Virus record (IMG/VR): IMGVR_UViG_3300025141_016375
Coordinates: 9,895-73,894 of that record
Strand: one strand, 5' to 3'
Origin: a virus
Length of the DNA: 64,000 nt
Within the stretch, counting starts at the first letter, position 1; every line of letters starts with the position of its first letter. This document shows, piece by piece, positions 10,094-17,745 of the stretch. A program made the position numbers and the translations under genes. The notes beneath the pieces were generated by a model, which had not been told where the DNA came from, did no database searches, and saw only the letters and a list, made by a program, of their open reading frames with translations.

Positions 10094-10530
10094 TGGAGAA
10101 GCTACTTCAAATAGACGAAGGAAACAAGTCGTTGATCGAAGAGTTTCAGCGGACAGCCGGTTCCTCGTTAAAAACATTTAGATATTTTGAATCTCGGCCG
10201 GTGGACATCATCCAACAGCACTTGATAACATATATTATGACAGGTGAAAGTGGCGAAATCATCGGCTATGGCCATTTAGACCTGGAAGACAACGTTGTCT
10301 GGCTTGGAATATGTATAGTAGAAACTCAGTTGCGTTCCGGTTACGGGAAAAAAATGATGAAGGCTTTAATCGCTTTTGCTGATAACAACTCTGTTCAGAC
10401 GATCACTTTGTCGGTTGACAAAAAAAACGAAGCAGCGTACGCGCTATATAAAAGCTTAGGCTTCCAGAGAACCGGTCATGATAAAACAGTGTACTTTATG
10501 AAATTAGAATTAGGAGAAACAGATGGCTGA
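10093..10530 (+). CDS. GNAT-family acetyltransferase
   Basis: LGICIV...RSGYGKKMM (acetyl-CoA motif A) and LSV...NEAAYALYKSLGF (motif B). ATG 10093 overlaps the previous stop. Confidence 0.9.
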   Translation: MEKLLQIDEGNKSLIEEFQRTAGSSLKTFRYFESRPVDIIQQHLITYIMTGESGEIIGYGHLDLEDNVVWLGICIVETQLRSGYGKKMMKALIAFADNNSVQTITLSVDKKNEAAYALYKSLGFQRTGHDKTVYFMKLELGETDG

Positions 10531-10831
10531 TACATTGGGCGGTTTAATTGATAAACTAATCACGGTTGATATGAAGATGTGGAATAATCAGGAATTTCTT
10601 TATGAGGTAAGGAAAATGAGCTTTAAAGAATTTGAAAAAAAGTTTACCACCACGGAAAATGCACGAAATGAACTGTTTGAGTCTATAAAAAAATGCTGCG
10701 ATCTAAACGCACAAAGAAATCAACTCATTGATGAGGTAGATGAAAAAATTGTAGAAATGATGGGAGCTTATATCGCGGGGAAAGACTTAGATGACGGAAA
10801 ATACATTCAACGCAAACACAAGACCTATTAG
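10523..10831 (+). CDS. DUF4254-like helical protein
   Basis: TLGGLIDKL...KMW..QE and DLNAQRNQLIDEVD match the DUF4254 pattern as I recall it. Confidence 0.65.
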   Translation: MADTLGGLIDKLITVDMKMWNNQEFLYEVRKMSFKEFEKKFTTTENARNELFESIKKCCDLNAQRNQLIDEVDEKIVEMMGAYIAGKDLDDGKYIQRKHKTY

Positions 10832-10846
10832 GACAAAACACACGAA

Positions 10847-11521
10847 ATGAAAAAATGTTTTTATATACGTATAACTAAAAATGCCTGTCAAACGGTTTTT
10901 CATTTGTTTAAGAATGAAAGGGGCTTCATAAATCCCCATGCAGGCCCTACCCCGTATTATCGTAGTCCGATTGATGAATCTTTGGCACGCGAGAAAGATC
11001 GCAATTTATATCCTTTTGATTTTGAGCGGAGTGATGTGATTACGTTTAGTTTTGTGCGCAATCCTTATGATCGTGCCGTTTCTTCTTGGAAACATAGTCT
11101 TCGGGAAAACTGGACCACGTTGAAGTTTTTGGATTATTTAAAAAGGCTCCCGGCGTTAATTCCAGCCCAATCGGATTCTTTGAATGACAATGATTATGCA
11201 ATTAGACGCCATACAATGCCTCAATACCAATGGCTCAGTAATCAAGGGGGAGAGTATATTGTAGATTTTATTGGGCGGGTGGAGCACTTAACTGAACATG
11301 TACGCTTTTTTGGAAAAAAAATGGGGATGGAAACTTTTCCTTCTTCGCTGGGGCGACTTAACTCTTCGCGCCCTGTCAATGATGGGTATGTTAAATATTA
11401 TTCCTCTGAAGAAAAAAAATATGTAGAAGAAATTTATGGAAGGGATATCCATCAATTTGGATATGAGTTTGGCGCCCCCGAGCCGTCAAGTGTTTGTTAC
11501 TCGCGCCTAGGAGGAGAATAA
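10847..11521 (+). CDS. Carbohydrate sulfotransferase (Sulfotransfer_2 family)
   Basis: 5'-PSB-like YIRITKNACQT, 3'-PB FSFVRNPYDRAVSSW, H..PQY.WL and DFIGRVEHL. Confidence 0.85.
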   Translation: MKKCFYIRITKNACQTVFHLFKNERGFINPHAGPTPYYRSPIDESLAREKDRNLYPFDFERSDVITFSFVRNPYDRAVSSWKHSLRENWTTLKFLDYLKRLPALIPAQSDSLNDNDYAIRRHTMPQYQWLSNQGGEYIVDFIGRVEHLTEHVRFFGKKMGMETFPSSLGRLNSSRPVNDGYVKYYSSEEKKYVEEIYGRDIHQFGYEFGAPEPSSVCYSRLGGE

Positions 11522-11528
11522 GAGAAAT

Positions 11529-12764
11529 ATGACTATGCGAATTCCCGCTGCTTGTGTCGTACATGAGCTAGGATATGTGGTGTTAGACGATGAAACGAGA
11601 AAAGCCTATCGTGTGGTCACACACCCAGTGTTCGAGTTTATAACTTCAGAGGCTTATAAGAAGAAAGAAAATGAATATTGGCCAGCAACGCGACCCGTTT
11701 CTGTGACTCATGAATTATTTAAAGATGATGCCACTTACAAAACTGTTGAAGTGGACTACGTGGATCATATGGTATATTGGCCCGAAATGTCCGCGCGGGA
11801 TATTAAAATGTGTCTTTTGTTTTTGTGTGATGTTTCAAAATATTTGGCGCAAAACAATTTGTGTTTGGGATCCCACATGTGGAATATTACATTGACCGGT
11901 GGACGCCCCCTTCTTATAGATTTAGGTGATTTTTTTCATGGCGTAAACAAACAATATGTTTATCGCACCATCGTTAGTCATCTAGTTCCTCCTTTCACGG
12001 ATAATCATACCCCTTTGCGTCCCGAAAAATGGATGACAAACTATGATGAAATATTGGTTCAAATAAAGAACATTGAGGGTCTGGTTCGAACACCGTCAGC
12101 CAGCGGCGTTCAAATTGCCGAAGAATTAAAACGTTGCTTGTCCAATATTATCCCTCGCGAAGCTTCCCATATTTGGGATAGTTATCCGGCACAAAAAAAG
12201 ATGCCCACTGACATTGAAACTTTAGAAAGTTACGCCCAGAACATGCGTCCCAATTTGTGCGCTAGGATTAAGCAAAAAGCCCCCCAGACCCTTTTGGATT
12301 TGGGCTGCGCGCGAGGATTGTATTCTCTTTTCGCTGCAATTCAGGGCGCTTCGGTAGTAGGTCTTGATTATAGCCATGAAATGATAGGGGACGCCAATCA
12401 GAAAAGTGCCGCTTTAAAATTAAAATGCCACTTTGCTTTCATAGATTTGCTTGACATTAAAAAATGGGGGTTAGGAGGCGGTTATGGAGATTGTCTATCA
12501 CGCTTTAAAAGCGATGCGGTTATCGCCCCCGCGTTGATTCACCACGTGCATGGGAAAAATAAACCTCTCGAAATATTGATCACGGAGTGGGCAAACGCCG
12601 CCACGCAATGGATTATGGTAGAGTATATTCCTCTCGATGTTAATAATCAACCAATCGACTTAAACACGATAACGGACACTTTACATGACCTAGGATTTAA
12701 AAATATAGATATATTGAATTCTCATCCTGCCCCTAGGAAGTGGATTTTTGCAGAAAAGACTTAA
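11529..12764 (+). CDS. NoeA-like protein: kinase-like N-domain plus SAM methyltransferase C-domain
   Basis: N-domain HMWNI...PLLIDLGDF; C-domain LLDLGCARG, GLDYS, ALIHH and VEYIP. Confidence 0.7.
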   Translation: MTMRIPAACVVHELGYVVLDDETRKAYRVVTHPVFEFITSEAYKKKENEYWPATRPVSVTHELFKDDATYKTVEVDYVDHMVYWPEMSARDIKMCLLFLCDVSKYLAQNNLCLGSHMWNITLTGGRPLLIDLGDFFHGVNKQYVYRTIVSHLVPPFTDNHTPLRPEKWMTNYDEILVQIKNIEGLVRTPSASGVQIAEELKRCLSNIIPREASHIWDSYPAQKKMPTDIETLESYAQNMRPNLCARIKQKAPQTLLDLGCARGLYSLFAAIQGASVVGLDYSHEMIGDANQKSAALKLKCHFAFIDLLDIKKWGLGGGYGDCLSRFKSDAVIAPALIHHVHGKNKPLEILITEWANAATQWIMVEYIPLDVNNQPIDLNTITDTLHDLGFKNIDILNSHPAPRKWIFAEKT

Positions 12765-12777
12765 AGATATTTGACTT

Positions 12778-13878
12778 ATGATTCCTATTTATAAACCTTA
12801 TTTGCCTTCTCACTCGCTGAGACATGCGCATGCCGCGATTGACTCTACGTGGATCTCTTTTAACGGCCCATACGTGGAGCGCGCAACAGAGAAGTTGCGC
12901 GAATTATTAGGAGTGAAATATGTCCAGCTTGTCAACAATGGCACCGCAGCTACTCATTTAGTAGCGAAAGGGCTTTTTTATAAGCATCCCAATATCACTA
13001 AAGTTATTGTACCTAATAATGTGTATGTCGCTGCATGGAATGCTTTTGTTTATGATAAAAACTTTGATCTTGTGCCCATCGATGCTGATGTGGCAACCTG
13101 GAATATGAACATCGAGGCCGCAAGTCATTTATTAGATGACAATAATACAGCGCTGTACGCGGTACATAATTTAGGCAATACAATTAACATTCCGGCACTT
13201 AAGCGTAGATTTGGGAAGTGCGTCTTTGTAGAAGATAATTGCGAAGGGTTTATGGGAACCTACGAAGGAAAGTATTCTGGTACCGAATCTTTGGCCTCTT
13301 CAGTGTCTTTTTTTGGCAATAAAACAATCACTTCAGGAGAGGGCGGCGCCGTTATTACCAACGATGAAGACGTTTTTAAACATGTCAAATCCGTTCACGG
13401 CCAAGGACAGGCACCAACTAAAAAATACATTCATGATAGACTTGGCCATAACTATAGAATGACAAATGTGCAAGCTGCGATTTTATTAGGCCAGTTAGAA
13501 ATCTTACCAGAAATTTTAGAAAAGAAGAAGAATATATTTGATTTTTACAAAAAAGAATTTGCTCTGATGAGAAATGTTGAAGTTCAACAAGTCGAAGAGG
13601 GGTGCACTCCTTCCAACTGGATGATGGGAGTGCGCCTACGATCTAGGGGAGGTTACGCCTCTTTGCAGAATTTTCTCGCTGATAAGGGCATTGACTCACG
13701 ACCGATGTTTTATCCCATGTCTTCGCACTCTCATTTGAAACATGTTGCTTCCCCCACCAGGGAAAAGGGGGCTAAAATACTTCACAAAGAGGGTGCAATT
13801 CTCCCCTCCTTCCCTGAATTAACGCATAATGAACTTGTCCACATTGTGGCTTCTATTGAGGAATACGCCAACAAATGA
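12778..13878 (+). CDS. DegT/DnrJ/EryC1/StrS PLP sugar aminotransferase (perosamine synthase-like)
   Basis: NNGTAA, VEDNCEG, SFFGNKTITSGEGG (PLP Lys), GHNYRMTNVQAA and SRPMFYP. Confidence 0.92.
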   Translation: MIPIYKPYLPSHSLRHAHAAIDSTWISFNGPYVERATEKLRELLGVKYVQLVNNGTAATHLVAKGLFYKHPNITKVIVPNNVYVAAWNAFVYDKNFDLVPIDADVATWNMNIEAASHLLDDNNTALYAVHNLGNTINIPALKRRFGKCVFVEDNCEGFMGTYEGKYSGTESLASSVSFFGNKTITSGEGGAVITNDEDVFKHVKSVHGQGQAPTKKYIHDRLGHNYRMTNVQAAILLGQLEILPEILEKKKNIFDFYKKEFALMRNVEVQQVEEGCTPSNWMMGVRLRSRGGYASLQNFLADKGIDSRPMFYPMSSHSHLKHVASPTREKGAKILHKEGAILPSFPELTHNELVHIVASIEEYANK

Positions 13879-14846
13879 AAGCGATAATAACCGGAGTAAC
13901 AGGACAAGATGGGTCATATTTGGCGGAATTGTTATTAAAAAAAGGCTATGAGGTGATCGGATTAAAAAGGCGCTCTTCCACTATTTGTACCGAGCGTATC
14001 GATCCCATTTACGAGCATCCTAACTTCTATTTGCGTTATTTTAATTTAAACGATAGTGGGTGTTTTTGGAGACTTTTGCTGGAATATCAACCGGATGAAG
14101 TGTACAATTTGGGGGCCCAATCTCATGTGAAAGTCTCTTTCGAAACTCCCGAAGAAACCGTGAAGAGCATCGCTTTGGGAACTTTGCGCCAACTAGAAGC
14201 TATTCGTACGATCAATCCGGCCATTCGCTTCTATCAAGCCTCTTCCTCTGAGATGTTTGGAATTAATGTAAATTATCCTTATAACGAGGAATCGGTTTCG
14301 ATCCCAGCTTCCCCCTATGCATGTGCTAAAGTATTTGCGCACAATTTAGTTAAAAATTATAGAGCTAGTTATGGGCTTTATGCGTGTAGTGGTATTCTTT
14401 TCAACCATGAATCGCCCCGTCGAGGCGAAACCTTCGTCACTCGGAAAATTTCCTTAGCTGCAGCTAAAATTAAATTAGGACTACAGGATAAATTATATTT
14501 GGGGAACTTAGAAGGAAAGCGAGATTGGGGATTTGCAGGAGATTATGTAGAAGCAATGTGGCTCATGATGCAGCAACAACATCCCGAAGATTTTGTTATT
14601 GCCACGGGCATAATGAAGTCTGTACAAGATTTTGTAGAATGCGTTTTTGATTATGCTAAACTGGACTATAAAAAATATGTGGCAGTTGATGATCAGCTGA
14701 AACGTCCCCAAGAGGTACCGGCTCTACAAGGTGATTATTCTAAGGCCCAAAAAATATTGAAATGGGGCCCTCGCGTTACTTTTGAGGAATTAGCAGTGAT
14801 GATGTATGAATCGGACTTACAAAAGCTACAAAGGAAGACGAGATGA
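13875..14846 (+). CDS. gmd: GDP-mannose 4,6-dehydratase
   Basis: ITGVTGQDGSYLAE, NLGAQSHV, YQASSSEMFG, SPYACAK, LFNHESPRRGETFVTRKI and RDWG. Confidence 0.97.
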   Translation: MKAIITGVTGQDGSYLAELLLKKGYEVIGLKRRSSTICTERIDPIYEHPNFYLRYFNLNDSGCFWRLLLEYQPDEVYNLGAQSHVKVSFETPEETVKSIALGTLRQLEAIRTINPAIRFYQASSSEMFGINVNYPYNEESVSIPASPYACAKVFAHNLVKNYRASYGLYACSGILFNHESPRRGETFVTRKISLAAAKIKLGLQDKLYLGNLEGKRDWGFAGDYVEAMWLMMQQQHPEDFVIATGIMKSVQDFVECVFDYAKLDYKKYVAVDDQLKRPQEVPALQGDYSKAQKILKWGPRVTFEELAVMMYESDLQKLQRKTR

Positions 14847-15196
14847 GTGTTGAAATGAAAGAAATTTCCTATGAAATTAAAAAGAATACAATTGCTATTG
14901 ATTTTGATGGCGTTTTACATCAATATTCTAAAGGGTGGCAAGGGCTGTACAATGCTTATGACCCGCCTATGAAAGGGGCCGTTGCGGCCATTAAAAAACT
15001 GAAAGCCTCTGGCTATCGTCTGGTGATTTTTTCTAGTCGGGCAGTCCCGGTGATCCAAGAGTGGCTTCACAAATATGATTTAGATGATTGTTTCGAAGAG
15101 GTCACAAACACTAAAATCCCAGCCCGTGTTTATATAGATGATCGTGCTTATCATTTCGACACATGGGAAAAAACGATGGAGGACTTGTTTGATTGA
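14843..15196 (+). CDS. Small HAD-superfamily phosphatase
   Basis: Motif I IAIDFDGVL, motif II FSSR, motifs III/IV KIPA..YIDDRA. Confidence 0.8.
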   Translation: MSVEMKEISYEIKKNTIAIDFDGVLHQYSKGWQGLYNAYDPPMKGAVAAIKKLKASGYRLVIFSSRAVPVIQEWLHKYDLDDCFEEVTNTKIPARVYIDDRAYHFDTWEKTMEDLFD

Positions 15197-15923
15197 TTCG
15201 AGCAAAAGAAGCTGGAGCAAAGCCGGAAGTTGGAAAGTATTGGGGTTTCTCGTTCTTTCCTCTCTTGCTTATGCCGCCACAGGCTCTTTAAAGCAAACTT
15301 CTGTAGTGGCCATCGTTTATCAGTTGGTAATGCTAGCCCTATTTGTGATTCATGAAAAGGTATGGAATAAGATCCAGTGGGGAAAAACAAGTGGTTTATT
15401 TATCCAAATGACAGGTATGAGCGGCGCCGGTAAGACCACTTTGGCCAAAAGCGTAGGGCAAAATTTACAGAAACAAGGGATCAAAGTGGAGGTAATCGAT
15501 GGCGATGAATATAGAACAAATTTATGTCAAGATTTGGGATTTACACGGCAAGATAGAGAGGAAAATATACGAAGGCTATCGTTTGTGGGGAAAGTACTTG
15601 GCCGCAATAATGTAGTATGCATTATGTCGGCTATTAATCCCTATAATACAACGCGTAGCCATATTAAACAAGCCTCTCCTAATTCTAAATTAGTATATAT
15701 TAAATGCGATTTGGAAGAATTAAAAAAACGAGACACCAAAGGTCTTTACGAGAGAGCGCTCCTTCCCGATGGAGACCCAAATAAGGTTTATAATTTTACC
15801 GGGATTTCCGATCCCTTTGATGTCCCAGCCGACCCAGATTTAATTATTGAAACCGACAAAGAATCTTTAACTAATTCCATAATCAAATTGGAAAAATTAA
15901 TTTTAAAAAGTATTGGAGGATAA
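15189..15923 (+). CDS. cysC: Adenylyl-sulfate (APS) kinase with N-terminal DUF2061-like membrane domain
   Basis: MTGMSGAGKTT, DGDEYR..L..DLGF...DREENIRR, RDTKGLY and FTGISDPF. Hydrophobic N-terminus RSWSKA.SWK...HEKVWNKIQWG. Probable TTG start at 15189 after a GGAGG SD (track ORF starts at 15138). Confidence 0.9.
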   Translation: MIDSSKRSWSKAGSWKVLGFLVLSSLAYAATGSLKQTSVVAIVYQLVMLALFVIHEKVWNKIQWGKTSGLFIQMTGMSGAGKTTLAKSVGQNLQKQGIKVEVIDGDEYRTNLCQDLGFTRQDREENIRRLSFVGKVLGRNNVVCIMSAINPYNTTRSHIKQASPNSKLVYIKCDLEELKKRDTKGLYERALLPDGDPNKVYNFTGISDPFDVPADPDLIIETDKESLTNSIIKLEKLILKSIGG

Positions 15924-15924
15924 T

Positions 15925-16215
15925 ATGAGAGATATTACGATGACAGATCAAGCTGTAGGCGCTGTAATGATGGCGTTGCAGAAAAGTTTAATGGAACAAA
16001 GCGACATTGTTCCGGTACTCAAGGGCTTCAAATTTGCCGCTACACAAGAAGGGTTGACGGTGATTAACCCGCCTTTGGTTAAGTTTAATGAGGAGACAAC
16101 GGAGATTTTCCGCGAGGCCCAGCGCAATGAGTTGAGTGAAGTGTCCACTAGCGAAAGGGCGTCCGATCCCGGGGGCTTTGATGTTGTGACGACACAGCCT
16201 ACTACTTCGGATTAA
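15925..16215 (+). CDS. Hypothetical phage protein
   Basis: ORF 15913..16215; ATG 15925 follows a GGAGG SD. Confidence 0.7.
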   Translation: MRDITMTDQAVGAVMMALQKSLMEQSDIVPVLKGFKFAATQEGLTVINPPLVKFNEETTEIFREAQRNELSEVSTSERASDPGGFDVVTTQPTTSD

Positions 16216-16216
16216 G

Positions 16217-16465
16217 ATGCCCATATATTTATATGACTGTCGTGGGTGTAAAATTAGTTTTACAATAAGACATGGAATGGACGAGACATGCGCAGAATGC
16301 TTAACGTGCGGTTCTGATAATGTCGTACGCCTTCCTGCTGATTTTACCAATCGTTCTAAATCCATTGTGCGTTCTAAAAAAGTGGGAGATACAACTAAAG
16401 ATTTTATAGAAAGTGCGAGACAAGATTTAAAAACACAAAAAGAGGAACTAGAGGAACAAAGATGA
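16217..16465 (+). CDS. FmdB-family zinc-ribbon protein
   Basis: MPIYLYDCRGC...CLTCGS (two CxxC pairs). Confidence 0.8.
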   Translation: MPIYLYDCRGCKISFTIRHGMDETCAECLTCGSDNVVRLPADFTNRSKSIVRSKKVGDTTKDFIESARQDLKTQKEELEEQR

Positions 16466-16782
16466 ATTGGGCTATTTTTTATTTAAGCTTATCATTGATT
16501 TTTAATGTACTGTTTATTTGGTATATTATTAAAATGATCAAACGCGTTTTAGCCTTTCAAGATCGATTAGATGATTTTGTAGAGAGCTTAGAGACCTATG
16601 AAGGCCATGTGGATGTCATCTATAATCTGGAAACATATTATGGCGATGAAACATTGGGCAATCTTTTAAGGCACTCTAAAGCTGTTGTTGAAGAATGCCA
16701 AGAGTTCAGAGCGCTATATTATGGCGAAGAATCAGTCAAGTTTGATGATTATAATGAACTGGAGATCGTTGATGGCCCGTAA
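16462..16782 (+). CDS. Small membrane-anchored protein
   Basis: N-terminal hydrophobic helix (WAIFYLSLSLIFNVLFIWYII) followed by an acidic helical region. Confidence 0.7.
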   Translation: MNWAIFYLSLSLIFNVLFIWYIIKMIKRVLAFQDRLDDFVESLETYEGHVDVIYNLETYYGDETLGNLLRHSKAVVEECQEFRALYYGEESVKFDDYNELEIVDGP

Positions 16783-17458
16783 ACGAAAAAATTATTATTT
16801 CACTTTAGAGCACGAACAGGCAATTATAGATTACTGTTCTACGGAGGATTCTAAAAGCAGAAATGAATTGTACAAAGTTTGGATTGGTCCCGTTTTTGAT
16901 GAAATGGTGGACAAAATCGTTTATACCTATCGATTCACCACCCTTCCGAATATCGATGCCTTGCGTGACGACTGTAAAAATTGGTTAATTACTATATTAG
17001 ATAAATACGACCCCTCGAAAGGCTCTAAAGCCTTCACCTATTTCAGCGTGGTTACAAAAAATTGGTTTATTCATCAAGTTAAAAAAACGAGCAAAAAAGC
17101 CAAAAGAGAAGTTCTTTTGGAAGATTATTTTATTGATAGTACTACTATGCACCAGGCTCACGCTTTAATCGAACGCAATACTATTATTGAGGATCGGATT
17201 AAGGTTGAATTTTTTACTCATTTAAAAGAAGAAGTGGATTCATGGCATGAGTTACCTTTAAAGCCCAATGAAAAGAAAACCGTTCAAGCTATTCAAGTGC
17301 TATTTGATGAGTCCGAGAAAATAGATATTTTTAATAAAAAAGCTATTTACTTATATATAAGGGAAATTACTGGACTAAATACAAAACAAGTAGTAAGCTC
17401 CCTCAACAGAATTAGACGAAGATACAGAGAGTTTAAAAAAGAATGGGACGAAAAATAA
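16772..17458 (+). CDS. Putative phage late sigma factor (divergent sigma-70 region 2, gp55-like)
   Basis: KYDPSKGSKAFTYFSVVTKN resembles sigma region 2.3-2.4; C-terminal helical/HTH-like IREITGLNTKQVVSSL. Lies just before the structural block. ATG 16772 follows a GGAG SD. Confidence 0.65.
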   Translation: MARKRKNYYFTLEHEQAIIDYCSTEDSKSRNELYKVWIGPVFDEMVDKIVYTYRFTTLPNIDALRDDCKNWLITILDKYDPSKGSKAFTYFSVVTKNWFIHQVKKTSKKAKREVLLEDYFIDSTTMHQAHALIERNTIIEDRIKVEFFTHLKEEVDSWHELPLKPNEKKTVQAIQVLFDESEKIDIFNKKAIYLYIREITGLNTKQVVSSLNRIRRRYREFKKEWDEK

Positions 17459-17745
17459 ACGATCTTGAGGCTTATATTGATGAAGCCATCACTAATATTC
17501 GGGATGATAGAGCCATCACCTCGGCGCTTTTAACAGATATTTTTAATGAGCTACAACAAACTAAAGACATAGATATTCATCGTAATTTAGGCGCAATTGC
17601 GTCTAAATATGTGGAAACGCTTCAACGTTCTAACGAACAGTTGGTAAAAATTACCGCCATATTAAATAAAAGACAGGATGTTTCAGATTCTTTAGACGAA
17701 GACGACAAAAAAGAACTGTTTGATCTAATCCAAGGTAGCAATTAA
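17443..17745 (+). CDS. Hypothetical helical/coiled-coil phage protein
   Basis: 100-aa ORF overlapping both neighbours. Confidence 0.7.
   Translation: MGRKINDLEAYIDEAITNIRDDRAITSALLTDIFNELQQTKDIDIHRNLGAIASKYVETLQRSNEQLVKITAILNKRQDVSDSLDEDDKKELFDLIQGSN

Noticed and set aside
2477-15923. Bacterial O-antigen/capsule locus or host-prophage junction
   Set aside because: Flanked seamlessly by phage genes on the same strand; no wzx/wzy/wzz, integrase or att-like boundary seen.
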